A DNA stretch of 64,000 nucleotides from Nitrososphaeria archaeon (GTDB taxonomy: Archaea; Thermoproteota; Nitrososphaeria; Nitrososphaerales; JANXEG01): NCBI GenBank assembly GCA_029775915.1, contig JARVKA010000005.1, positions 7,162-71,161 of the forward strand. Reading direction: 5' to 3'. Positions within the stretch are counted from its first letter, which is position 1. Every line of letters starts with the position of its first letter. Position numbers and translations under genes: made by a program. Shown here in pieces: positions 49,274 through 58,738 of this stretch. Below the pieces are notes generated by a model that was given only the letters and a program-made list of their open reading frames with translations, was not told where the DNA came from and made no database searches.

Positions 49274-49873
49274 TCATTGAGTGAAAATTTGGGATAAAGT
49301 TGCTTTCTCTGCACCTTTCTCCATCATTATCTTTATCGCTCTTTCACTATCACCTTTATTAACATCAACACCTTTAGAAGCGTCTTCAAGAAATACTACA
49401 TGAAAACCCTCTTTCAAAGCATCTAAAACTGTAGCCTTTACACAATAATCGGTAGCGAGACCACCTATAAAAACTGTTTTAATCCCTTGATCTTTAAGTA
49501 ATGATGAAAGATTCGTCCCCTCAAAGCCTGAGTAAGCTTCACGATCAGGGCTCGTACCTTTCGATATTATCTTAACACCTTTTGGTAAAGCTAATTTTGG
49601 ATGAAATTCCGCACCTCTCGTATTTTGTATGCAATGTGGCGGCCATGTTCCACCCCTAGTTTTAAATGAGATGTGATTTGGAGGGTGCCAATCTCTAGTT
49701 GCATAAATACTTGCTCCAGCTTTTACAAATTTTTCAATATACTTATTCAAAATAGGTATAATTTTATCACCATCCGGTACGGGTAAAGCACCGTTAGGAC
49801 AGAAATCATTTTGCACATCTATAATCAAGAGTGCAGAATCTTTACCAATAATATATCGCTTCTCCAATTTCAT
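49274..49873 (-). CDS. pncA: Nicotinamidase/pyrazinamidase
   Basis: IDVQNDFC..GAL, DWHP..H, WP.HC, KG......YSGF, GLATDYCV.AT. Confidence 0.92.
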   Translation of the reverse strand: MKLEKRYIIGKDSALLIIDVQNDFCPNGALPVPDGDKIIPILNKYIEKFVKAGASIYATRDWHPPNHISFKTRGGTWPPHCIQNTRGAEFHPKLALPKGVKIISKGTSPDREAYSGFEGTNLSSLLKDQGIKTVFIGGLATDYCVKATVLDALKEGFHVVFLEDASKGVDVNKGDSERAIKIMMEKGAEKATLSQIFTQ

Positions 49874-49923
49874 CGTATATTGCCTATACGCTCACACAAA
49901 TAAGCATTGTGGTTATGCATAAA

Positions 49924-50365
49924 GGTAATGTCCGGATAAGGTAGGTATTTAAGGTGGCAGACCCAGCTTTATTACACGATATAGTGGTCTGCAGGAGACA
50001 TAGAATCAAATGAGTTATTGGTTCTCGAGGCATCTTGTGGAAGAAGTTGTCTAAACGCCCTTCTATTCCTAAGAAGATCCTCAGATTATAAATAAATAAG
50101 ACTAAGGTGATCGTCGATAAGGGTAATGATATTCATTGGCATTGAATAGGCTTGGATTAGAGTATGAGCATCATAGATTCAGAGAGAGGATAAGGTTAAG
50201 AGGTTCTTCAGATACTTGAAAGAAGGGCGTCTATATTTCACCACAAGCTTAGCTCAAGAATCCATGATAAGGAATAATTAATCTTAACCTATTCTTGAAT
50301 CTATTCACATTCTACTACCAGACAATAAGTACGGGGTGGATAGACATGGTTATCTGGACAGTATC
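49924..50365 (+). mobile_element. Decayed, internally deleted IS6-family element (transposase pseudogene)
   Basis: Imperfect TIRs GGTAATGTCCGGATAA (49924) versus reverse complement GATACTGTCCAGATAA (ends 50365), 13/16 match; frameshifted fragments WSAGDIESNELLVLEAS, NKTKVIVDKG, ALNRLGLEYEH, VKRFFRYLKE, LFLNLFTFYY resembling archaeal IS6 DDE transposases. Confidence 0.8.
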
Positions 50366-50435
50366 ATAATGGATTATCATCAAATAATTTATAAATGAAT
50401 AAGTTTAAAAGCACTCTTCTTATCATTACAATAAT

Positions 50436-50789
50436 ATGCATTTATCTGATATACAAAAGTTGAGTAGAGATTTTGAATTGGAGCGAGGTTGGGAAAAGTT
50501 CCCAAGCTCATTGGTATTTGTTCACTTAATTGAAGAGTTAGGTGAAATTGGTAGATATATTACATATGAAGAAGGGTATAAAGCTCCTGGATTGGGTCAT
50601 CATTGGAAGAAAAAAGGATTAAGTAGAGAGTTTGCTCAAGCATTTTCATTATTCATTCAATTAGCGAATCGTTACAATATCGATTTGGAAAAAGAGTTTG
50701 AGAAGGAGTTAAAATTAATGAGAAAGAGATTCAAAGTTGAAGAGTGGAGAGAATATATGAATAAATATACTCAAAGGAATAAACCATAA
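50436..50789 (+). CDS. MazG-like NTP pyrophosphohydrolase
   Basis: RGW, HLIEELGE, EFA......QLAN...IDLE. Confidence 0.8.
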   Translation: MHLSDIQKLSRDFELERGWEKFPSSLVFVHLIEELGEIGRYITYEEGYKAPGLGHHWKKKGLSREFAQAFSLFIQLANRYNIDLEKEFEKELKLMRKRFKVEEWREYMNKYTQRNKP

Positions 50790-50883
50790 AAAGTTTTCAA
50801 ATGAGTTTAATTTTAAAAGGTAAATTGAAAATTTTTATGTTAAAGTGCGCTTTCTTTTTTATTAAGATGTTTAAAGCACTATA

Positions 50884-51987
50884 TTAAATGTTAATTGGAT
50901 ATTTACCGTACTTCCTCGCTGCTTTTACCATAGCTAAACAATTCTCTAACTTCGCATCAACTACCCAAGTATTGCTACTTGATAGTATATAACCTCCACC
51001 TGGAGCAGCACATTTAATAATTCGCTTTACTTCCTCTTCAACTTCATTTACACTCCCTCTTGGTAATAAATAACTAGTATCAACATTTCCCATTAACACA
51101 AGTTTATCACCATACTTCTTTTTCACTTCACATATATTCATTCCAGCCACTGGTTCTAAAGAATGGATTCCATCAACGATTTCACTCAACTTTGGTAATA
51201 GTAAATTTATATTTCCATCACTATGTTTGATATACTTCAACCCTTTGCTATGAGCAGTATCTACTTCTCTCTTTAAATTGGGCCAAATCATATCCTCATA
51301 ATACTTTAAAGGCATTAGTGGACCTGATTTTTCAGCAAAGTCACCAGCACTCATTATAAAGTCTGCTCCAAGTTCTGCTGCAATCTTTATCTCTTCACAA
51401 GCATAATTCGTTATTCGAGAAATTAATCTTTTAACAGACTTAGGATTTTCGCGTAACGCTTTAAAGAAATTTGTAATGCCTAAGCTATACCATGCAGTAG
51501 CAAATGGTGTATCCATTTTATGGTATACAGCCATTTCACCCTTTACGATTTTTACTAAGTATTTCAAGCCTGGGATATCTTCTGGCATATTTGGAAAATT
51601 AGCCTCAAATTCCTCTATGGTAGTTCCATTAGCTCCTCCACGTAAATAAGTCAATGCATTTGCATAGGGGTTATAGCCCCATATAGCTCCCCATTGATCT
51701 GCTACGGTACCATCGGGTAAGAGCTTGTATACCTTACCTTTAAACATACTATTGGTAGGTCTATGAAGTATAGCATCAAAACCAACCTTTTTGCAAAATT
51801 CTACATTCAACTCTACATAATGCTTTACATTCTCTTCATAACCCATCTTCACCACTTCAGAAGGTTCTTGAATGATCTTTTTGCCCAATATATTCTCCAT
51901 ATGCACCGTTTCTACTTGATCTGTAATAGGAACCATATCTGGCTCTTCATGGTCAAGAGTTTTGAGAACCCTTTCTCTACTATTCAT
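50884..51987 (-). CDS. Uroporphyrinogen decarboxylase-fold (UroD/MtaA-CmuA-like) protein
   Basis: MNSRERV..TL.HEEPD.VP, D.WG, GDFA.K.GP, KHSDGN, L.GNVD, GGYILSSSN. Confidence 0.82.
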   Translation of the reverse strand: MNSRERVLKTLDHEEPDMVPITDQVETVHMENILGKKIIQEPSEVVKMGYEENVKHYVELNVEFCKKVGFDAILHRPTNSMFKGKVYKLLPDGTVADQWGAIWGYNPYANALTYLRGGANGTTIEEFEANFPNMPEDIPGLKYLVKIVKGEMAVYHKMDTPFATAWYSLGITNFFKALRENPKSVKRLISRITNYACEEIKIAAELGADFIMSAGDFAEKSGPLMPLKYYEDMIWPNLKREVDTAHSKGLKYIKHSDGNINLLLPKLSEIVDGIHSLEPVAGMNICEVKKKYGDKLVLMGNVDTSYLLPRGSVNEVEEEVKRIIKCAAPGGGYILSSSNTWVVDAKLENCLAMVKAARKYGKYPINI

Positions 51988-52026
51988 AAATTTCTAAAAA
52001 TTTTAAGTAATGAAGTTTATTTAACT

Positions 52027-53523
52027 TTATTCTTTCGCTTCAATTATGGGGATTCTTTTTCCTCGAATTTTACTTAATAATGGTATTAATAGCAAAATGA
52101 TTGTAATGGCTAGAATTGTTCCACTTATCGGTCTTGTGAAGAATATCATTGGATTTCCTCCTGAGACTAACAAGCTTCTACGAAGGTTCCTTTCAGTCAA
52201 TTCGCCAAGTACCAAGCCCATAACTATTGGAGCGAGTGGCCATTTATACTCCTCTAATATATATCCAATAATACCAAAGATGAAAAGTATCCAAACATCG
52301 ATTATATTATTTCTAACGGCGAATGTACCACCTATGCAAAGAATCAATATCAATGGTCCTAGAATACCTTTAGGGATTTGAAGCAATTTTACAAAGTATC
52401 GAATGAATATTGGTGAAATTAAGATTATAGATATATTAGCAAAAATCGCTCCAAAAATAACTGTATATGCAAATACTGGGAATTGTGAAAATAGGAGTGG
52501 GCCGGGTCTGAGCCCATGGAAGATAAGACCTCCAAGCAGGATAGCTGTAGTCGCACTACCGGGGATTCCAAAGGCGAATAAAGGTATCATAGCACCCATA
52601 GCTGCAGCATTATTCGCTGATTCAGGAGCAGCGATACCTTCAGGTATCCCAGTTCCAAACTTTTTATCCCTCCACTTACCGGAGGCTAAAGCGTAACTAA
52701 CGAAAGCGGCTGTAGTTGCACCTATACCTGGAAGAATTCCAATACCCAAGCCTACTGGTATAGTTAAGGAGTAAATTGGGGAGACTTTTTTAATCGCTTT
52801 CAGCTTGGGTAAAACCGTTTTAACCTCCCCTGTAATCTTCATCATTCCAAGTGGATCTTGAACCATTCTGAAGACTTCAGATACGGCAAAAAGCCCTAAA
52901 ACGACTGAAATAAAATCTATCCCTGCATTAAGGAATGGAATACCGAATGAAAAGCGAGATATTCCAGTCATAGGGTCTAAGCCTATCGTTGAGAGCCAAA
53001 GTCCGAAAAATGCCCCGATGATGGCTTTTATTGGGTTAGCTACCGCTAACGCAGATACTGCACATAGTGCTAGGATAACAAGGGAAAAAGTCTCTGGTGA
53101 TTCAAAGAGTAAAGCTGCCTCAGCCAATGGAGGGGTTAAAGTAAGTAAAACTAATGCACCTATTGTACCACCTAGGAATGAGCTGAATATACTCCAACCG
53201 AGCGCCTCATGAGCTAAGCCTTTCTTCGTCATTTCATATCCATCGAATACCGTAGCAGATGCTTCTGGAGCACCTGGAACTCTAAATAAGATAGCGGTGA
53301 TAGAACCTGAGAAGACCGATGTTGCGTAAATTGCTGATAGGAGGATAAATGCAGTATCAGGGGGCATTTTATATGTAAAGGGCATCATAACAGCGACCAT
53401 CATTGTGCCACTAACCCCAGGAGTAGCTCCAGCGAACATTCCTAATATTATTCCAATTAGTAATGTAGCAAAGTTTAATGGTGTAAACACATTCATTAAG
53501 CCTTCTATTATTCCTTCAAACAT
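52027..53523 (-). CDS. tctA: Tripartite tricarboxylate transporter large permease (start MFEGIIEG at 53523)
   Basis: GATPG, AIL..VPG.P....T.FDGY.M, G.DP..G..RF, GILPGIG, APESANNA, GIPGS, PGP.LF. Confidence 0.92.
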   Translation of the reverse strand: MFEGIIEGLMNVFTPLNFATLLIGIILGMFAGATPGVSGTMMVAVMMPFTYKMPPDTAFILLSAIYATSVFSGSITAILFRVPGAPEASATVFDGYEMTKKGLAHEALGWSIFSSFLGGTIGALVLLTLTPPLAEAALLFESPETFSLVILALCAVSALAVANPIKAIIGAFFGLWLSTIGLDPMTGISRFSFGIPFLNAGIDFISVVLGLFAVSEVFRMVQDPLGMMKITGEVKTVLPKLKAIKKVSPIYSLTIPVGLGIGILPGIGATTAAFVSYALASGKWRDKKFGTGIPEGIAAPESANNAAAMGAMIPLFAFGIPGSATTAILLGGLIFHGLRPGPLLFSQFPVFAYTVIFGAIFANISIILISPIFIRYFVKLLQIPKGILGPLILILCIGGTFAVRNNIIDVWILFIFGIIGYILEEYKWPLAPIVMGLVLGELTERNLRRSLLVSGGNPMIFFTRPISGTILAITIILLLIPLLSKIRGKRIPIIEAKE

Positions 53524-53536
53524 TTTTACACACCTA

Positions 53537-54007
53537 TCAATAAAATATGAGGTTAATCTCCCTAAAAATACCAATACCTCTTGGTATAGGTACTAACATT
53601 AATATTGGGAATAGTATTATTAGCACTAATGAAATCCCTATTGTAGCAAAAAGTAACCATTTCCAATTTTTAATCCCTATTGCATACATGTATGTTGCAA
53701 GAGCTATTGGTGTTAAAGGTATTAAGCCCATTATTTCAAGAAGGTAAATGTAGCTCAATAGGAAGAGTATTGAGAATATAACATTCTTTGTAATCCTTAA
53801 CCTTGATTTAATCTCTTTTTTAATGCTATTGTAAATGAGTAAGATTGAGAGAAGCATGATGGTACCAAGTAAAAATTCTGGGAAGACTTCTGGGCCTATC
53901 TCCATAGTAACAGGCCCGGTAATTTGAGTTGAAAGATAGAAAAAGTATATGGAAAAAATAAAAAAGGAGAGGGAGATTATGAGTTCCCCTTTATTCACGT
54001 TCTTCAT
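53537..54007 (-). CDS. tctB: Tripartite tricarboxylate transporter small permease
   Basis: Four TM, GP..FP, L.VP.P.G; lies between tctC and tctA. Confidence 0.85.
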   Translation of the reverse strand: MKNVNKGELIISLSFFIFSIYFFYLSTQITGPVTMEIGPEVFPEFLLGTIMLLSILLIYNSIKKEIKSRLRITKNVIFSILFLLSYIYLLEIMGLIPLTPIALATYMYAIGIKNWKWLLFATIGISLVLIILFPILMLVPIPRGIGIFREINLIFY

Positions 54008-55149
54008 TTAATGAAGCCGAGCTCCTTTAACATAGCTGTGAAAAATTCTGCTTCTTTCTTTACAAATTCAGTAAATTCCTTTCTTCCCATCCAACCTGGC
54101 CTTAAATGTAAGAATTGATCTCTTTCAACTTTTTTATACTCTGGAGTTTGATAAGCAGCATAAAATACTTTTTCTAAATAATCTACAATATCCTCAGGTA
54201 CGCCTTTTGCTAAATGAAAGCTTCTCCACCTCCCTATAGTAATATTCCAACCTTTCTCCACGGTTGTAGGAACATCCTTTAACAAAGGCTCATCTACTCT
54301 TTTTTCTACGAAGAGAATCATCGGCTTCATTCTTTTACCCTCAATGAGTGATAGTACTACGCCGGGCTCTTCGAACATCACATCAATCTCACCACTAAGT
54401 AATGCTTTATGTGCATCTGGCGCTTTATCATAAGGGACATAAGTAGCTTTAATACCCATAGCTTTTGCTAATGCCATAGTAGCTACATCATCCATACCTC
54501 CAGAACCAGTCCCACCTATCAATACCTTATTATCTTTTGCATACTTTACAAACTCATCAACATCTTTGAACCTTTTATCATCAGGCCTTATAAGCCATGC
54601 TCCAAGATCATGTTGAACTCTACAAAGGTGTATGTAATCATCCAGCTTATTCTTATTCCTCCCTAATGGTATGTTAATCGCTATATCTATCCCGCCAGCT
54701 AGAATTGTGTAGCCATCTGCTGGTTGCTTGAGTAAAGCATCTTCAGCTATAGATGCTGCTGCACCTGGTAAATAGGTATACACAAATGGCTGACCAAGAA
54801 TTTGTGAAGCAGGTCCTCCTATTCCTCTTGCAAATAAATCTGTCCCTCCTCCAGGGCCATAACCTATCAAAACTGTGATTGGTCTTTCAGGATACTTAGG
54901 GTGCTTCTCTGGCTTTGGAATGAGTGTAGGCGGCGTAGGTGTTGGCGTGGGTGTAGGAGTGGGAGTAGGTGTTGGAGTTACGGTTACAGTCACAGTTGTG
55001 GTAACAGTCTTTTCTACTACCTTTTCAACTACTTTAGGTGGTAAAGATGCATAATATGCAGCTACTCCTCCTCCAAAAACTATAGCTCCTACAATAAATG
55101 ATCCAATATACTTAAGGTATGCTCTTCTATCAATCTTTTCAGCTGACAT
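54004..55149 (-). CDS. tctC: Tripartite tricarboxylate transporter substrate-binding protein with Tat-like signal and Pro-Thr stalk
   Basis: YPERPI....Y.PGGGTD..AR, PGAA, PADGYT, VPY, L.GEID, DVPT..E.G; DRRAYLK and (TP)8. Confidence 0.9.
   Translation of the reverse strand: MSAEKIDRRAYLKYIGSFIVGAIVFGGGVAAYYASLPPKVVEKVVEKTVTTTVTVTVTPTPTPTPTPTPTPTPPTLIPKPEKHPKYPERPITVLIGYGPGGGTDLFARGIGGPASQILGQPFVYTYLPGAAASIAEDALLKQPADGYTILAGGIDIAINIPLGRNKNKLDDYIHLCRVQHDLGAWLIRPDDKRFKDVDEFVKYAKDNKVLIGGTGSGGMDDVATMALAKAMGIKATYVPYDKAPDAHKALLSGEIDVMFEEPGVVLSLIEGKRMKPMILFVEKRVDEPLLKDVPTTVEKGWNITIGRWRSFHLAKGVPEDIVDYLEKVFYAAYQTPEYKKVERDQFLHLRPGWMGRKEFTEFVKKEAEFFTAMLKELGFIK
54931..54978 (-). repeat. (Thr-Pro)8 coding linker repeat
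   Basis: ACNCCN units on the minus strand with synonymous variation. Confidence 0.9.
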
Positions 55150-55194
55150 ACTAATTTATAACCCTATTCAATTTAATAAGCTTTTTCGACCGAG

Positions 55195-55827
55195 TTATTT
55201 TTTTACTAGCTTTTCAATAAGCTCTTTTGCTCGCTCTACATTGAAGATTCCACACGTGCAGCATTTTGCTAAAGTTCTTGCCGCTTCATCAGAGGATATG
55301 ATACCTAACTTTACATCCTTAGCTAGCTTTTTTACGAGATTCTTAGAGATTAACCCATGGCCACACATCGTTTGTATATCGAGAATTTCAGGCTCCTCGG
55401 GTAAAAGATCTGTTTTGCCCCAAATCCCTAATGATACCATAACGGTGTGGGGTGTTAATCCGATTTCACGTGCTGCATTAAGGGTTTCATTATAAAGACC
55501 ACTTACTACAACAGACATACCAAGATTCGCATCTTTTAAATCTTTTAAAACCATCTTCACAGTTTCAATATCCTTATACACTCCATGAAAGATGCTGGTA
55601 TCTGTAGCCTTTTCTACGATCTTTTCAAAGTTATGATCCTTTGTCCATATACTTCCAGTCTTCATATCACCCATATTTATAGGATTATAACGGGCTAAAA
55701 TCTTCAATGCTTCTACAAGCTTTGGTGCAGCTCCTGCATCATTAAATCCTCTACATGACATTACTAACACTACATAATCTTTCTTTAAAGACTCTATTTC
55801 ACCAGTTCTATGAAGAGTATGAGTCAT
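55195..55827 (-). CDS. Uncharacterised protein with Cys/His motifs (start MTHTLHR at 55827)
   Basis: MTHTLHR.G, SVVVSG, PHT..VSLG.WG, TMCGHG, CCTCGIFN; tightly linked to the upstream Fe-S gene. Confidence 0.7.
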   Translation of the reverse strand: MTHTLHRTGEIESLKKDYVVLVMSCRGFNDAGAAPKLVEALKILARYNPINMGDMKTGSIWTKDHNFEKIVEKATDTSIFHGVYKDIETVKMVLKDLKDANLGMSVVVSGLYNETLNAAREIGLTPHTVMVSLGIWGKTDLLPEEPEILDIQTMCGHGLISKNLVKKLAKDVKLGIISSDEAARTLAKCCTCGIFNVERAKELIEKLVKK

Positions 55828-55832
55828 TCCAT

Positions 55833-56573
55833 TCACCACCTCACCTTATCAGGCACCCTTATTGATGCTAACGGTCTACCTAAGCCCATATTGATCTTCA
55901 TATTCGGCTTATAAGGTATGCCTAGTCTATCAAGAATGTTAAATATGGGTATGGTACCATCTACCCTTACAGTGCTCGCCAAACCCACCGAAACTACTGT
56001 ATCAATCTCTTTTACCACTTCTCTTAATGTATTTAAGACAACTTCAGTCTTTTCTATAGGGAATTTGCATTCAATAATGGGCTGGTAAGCCCTTACTTCT
56101 CTTAATCGATCGTCTTTTAATCTTCCCGTAGTCCAATCGAAAAGCATGTTAAGAGGATTCTCCTTCTCAAACTCTACGCCCAACTTCACTAAAGCCATAA
56201 AGACCTTCTCAACATCCTTAAAGGATGTTGATATTGCTGGCCTTCCAAAATCTAACGCGAGACCCACTTCGCCAGGCTTCACTCTACCCGTAACTTCATT
56301 CGTTTTTACCTCCTCCGTTCCTCTTCCAGCCATCCTCGTTGTAGCCCAATCCTTTGTTGGTACTGCAAAGTTCCACATCAAATCTCTAGGAAAAACCATT
56401 TCTGCAGGTTTAAAAGCGGATACAGGGCATTGAAAGATCTTGTAGCAAACCCAGCATTCTATGCACTTCTCTTGATCTACAGTAGCTTTTTTATCCCCAA
56501 TCATTTTAATAGCACCAACAGGGCACCAAGGGATACATGAGGCGCAACCTACACATCGATCAGTTATTTCCAA
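55833..56573 (-). CDS. Uncharacterised protein: N-terminal 2x[4Fe-4S] ferredoxin domain plus unknown C-terminal domain
   Basis: CVGCASCIPWCP...CIECWVC.....CP; GRGTEEVKTNEVTGR, FGRP, K.NMGLGRP; GGTGA SD before TTG. Confidence 0.8.
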   Translation of the reverse strand: MEITDRCVGCASCIPWCPVGAIKMIGDKKATVDQEKCIECWVCYKIFQCPVSAFKPAEMVFPRDLMWNFAVPTKDWATTRMAGRGTEEVKTNEVTGRVKPGEVGLALDFGRPAISTSFKDVEKVFMALVKLGVEFEKENPLNMLFDWTTGRLKDDRLREVRAYQPIIECKFPIEKTEVVLNTLREVVKEIDTVVSVGLASTVRVDGTIPIFNILDRLGIPYKPNMKINMGLGRPLASIRVPDKVRW

Positions 56574-56848
56574 TTAATTAATCACCAGCTTATAGCGGAG
56601 CTGGATTTTAAATAAACCTTTCGGAAATTTAAATGATTTTCCTACAATAGTCTGTTTTAAAACCATCTAAAGCATAGTATAACTTCCAATGATTTGAATG
56701 GTTAAAGGTTTATCAATATTAATTGAGTTCAAATCAATAAACCATCCTCGTAACCTAATATTTAGAGAGTAAAATTTTTAGTATCCCTACCCTACTCTTA
56801 AAACTTTTTATATAAATAAAAAGTATACTATTGCGAAGGTGTATATAA

Positions 56849-58183
56849 TTGACAACTGTAGAGGAATTACTTGCAAAAGCAAAAAAACCAGTTGAATTAT
56901 CCATGAATTATCATCCGTTTTACAAAGGAAAGATTGAAATCACTTTAAAAGTTCCTGTAAGAAGTTTTGATGATTTCTCGATTTGGTATACCCCTGGAGT
57001 CGCCGAGCCATGTAAAGCTATCAATAAAAATAAAGAACTCGTCTTTGAATATACGAATAAGTGGAATACAATTGCAATTGTAAGTGATGGTACCCGAGTT
57101 TTAGGATTAGGGAACATTGGCCCTGAAGCTGGCTTACCAGTGATGGAGGGTAAAGCTTTACTCTTTAAATACTTGGGCGGTGTTGATGTATATCCTCTCA
57201 CTATAGCTACAACCAATGCTGAGGAGATTATTACATTCTGTAAATGGCTACAACCATGCATAGGCGGTATTAATTTGGAGGATATTGAAAAGCCTAAATG
57301 CTTTTACATTCTCGATCGATTAAGACAAGAACTTGAGATACCTGTATGGCATGATGATCAACAAGGTACAGCAACGGTAGTAACAGCGGGTATGATCAAT
57401 GCATTAAAAGTTGTAGGTAAGAAAATTAGTGAAGTACAAGTGGCGATGATTGGCGCTGGTGCAGCGAACATGGCTATTGCGAGGTTATTATTCGCAATAG
57501 GCCTCAATCCAAAGAATGTTTACATGGTTGATAGCAAAGGAATTTTGAATCCTCAAAGAACCGATGTAAAGGATAAAGAGCCTGAGAAGTGGAAGATTTG
57601 CCTTACCACAAATGCTGAAGGTAGATCTGGCGGTATTGCTGAGGCTATGAAAGGCGTAGATGCTGTTATCGCCATGTCTCAACCAGGACCAGGGGTTATT
57701 AAGAAGGAGTGGGTGAGAAGTATGGCTGATAATGCCATAGTATTTGCATGTGCCAATCCTATACCTGAGATATGGCCTTGGGAGGCTGAAGAAGCTGGTG
57801 CAAAAGTTATAGGTACGGGCAGATCGGACTTTAAGAATCAAGTTAATAACTCGTTGGGCTTTCCAGGAATATTTAGAGGCACTTTAGACGTAAGGGCAAA
57901 AACAATTACAGATGAGATGTGTATTGCTGCAGCGATGGAGTTGGCTAAAGTGGCTGAGGATAGAGGATTAAGTGCGGATAATATTCTACCAACAATGGAG
58001 GATTGGGAAGTTTATCCAAGAGAAGCTGCTGCAGTTGGGGTAAAAGCTATTGAGCAAGGTATAGCGAGACTAAAGATAAGTAGAGATGAATTGTATCAAA
58101 GGGCTTACGAGATCATTAAGAGAGCTAGAGATGAAGTAAAAATACTGATGGATACAAAAATAATCCTTGAGCCGCCAAAGTAA
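56849..58183 (+). CDS. mae: NAD(P)-dependent malic enzyme
   Basis: YTPGVAEPC, DGTRVLGLGNIGP, PVMEGKA.LFK, INLEDI, HDDQQGTA, GAGAA, ANP.PE, TGRSD..NQVNN. Confidence 0.95.
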   Translation: MTTVEELLAKAKKPVELSMNYHPFYKGKIEITLKVPVRSFDDFSIWYTPGVAEPCKAINKNKELVFEYTNKWNTIAIVSDGTRVLGLGNIGPEAGLPVMEGKALLFKYLGGVDVYPLTIATTNAEEIITFCKWLQPCIGGINLEDIEKPKCFYILDRLRQELEIPVWHDDQQGTATVVTAGMINALKVVGKKISEVQVAMIGAGAANMAIARLLFAIGLNPKNVYMVDSKGILNPQRTDVKDKEPEKWKICLTTNAEGRSGGIAEAMKGVDAVIAMSQPGPGVIKKEWVRSMADNAIVFACANPIPEIWPWEAEEAGAKVIGTGRSDFKNQVNNSLGFPGIFRGTLDVRAKTITDEMCIAAAMELAKVAEDRGLSADNILPTMEDWEVYPREAAAVGVKAIEQGIARLKISRDELYQRAYEIIKRARDEVKILMDTKIILEPPK

Positions 58184-58381
58184 TAATAACCAACTTCCCA
58201 AATTTTTATTTTTTATTGAAAAATTCTAAAGAATAACTATGCCATAATTGAGTTAAAATAAAATTTTAGAAAAGATTGCAAGCTTATAACGGTAAGTATT
58301 AATAAGAACGATTCGAATTTTTAACTTTTCCAATAAAATATTATATTGGATGCAATTTAACCAATTTGTTGGAGGATCGAT

Positions 58382-58720
58382 TTGAATTCATTTAAAGATC
58401 AAAAGTTATCTATAGGTGGTAGAGAGTATAGAATACAACTATTGATGTTCACCAATGGTTGCTTTCTTTCAATTTCAGAGGGCGATGTAAGTAAGCTTGG
58501 TTCTATGATTATCGCTTTAAAGATTGGTGATAGGGTTGAGTCAACGGTATTAATTCCGAGTAGGTATGGGGGCGTATTTTTGAATATGTTAGGTGAGTTA
58601 ATAGCGAATATTATTAACGGTATAGCTATCGTATCTTATTACGCTTCCAAAGATTTAGATTCAGATTCTATGAGAACGCTTTTGCTTGAAATTAAAAATC
58701 TAATTTGTAAATATAGGTGA
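58382..58720 (+). CDS. Putative proteasome assembly chaperone 4 (PAC4/PSMG4)-like protein
   Basis: GR.Y.IQ...F.NG.F.SISEG...KLGS......ST.LIP.....F..ML.E.I....GIAIVS pattern recalled from Nitrososphaeria PAC4-family proteins. Confidence 0.55.
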   Translation: MNSFKDQKLSIGGREYRIQLLMFTNGCFLSISEGDVSKLGSMIIALKIGDRVESTVLIPSRYGGVFLNMLGELIANIINGIAIVSYYASKDLDSDSMRTLLLEIKNLICKYR

Positions 58721-58738
58721 TGTTAATAGGGTATGAAA

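Noticed and set aside
50884-51987. Bona fide HemE uroporphyrinogen decarboxylase
   Set aside because: Lacks the W.MRQAGRY signature and has no tetrapyrrole context.
53524-53574. N-terminal extension of TctA
   Set aside because: Overlaps tctB; ATG 53523 has an AGGTG SD.
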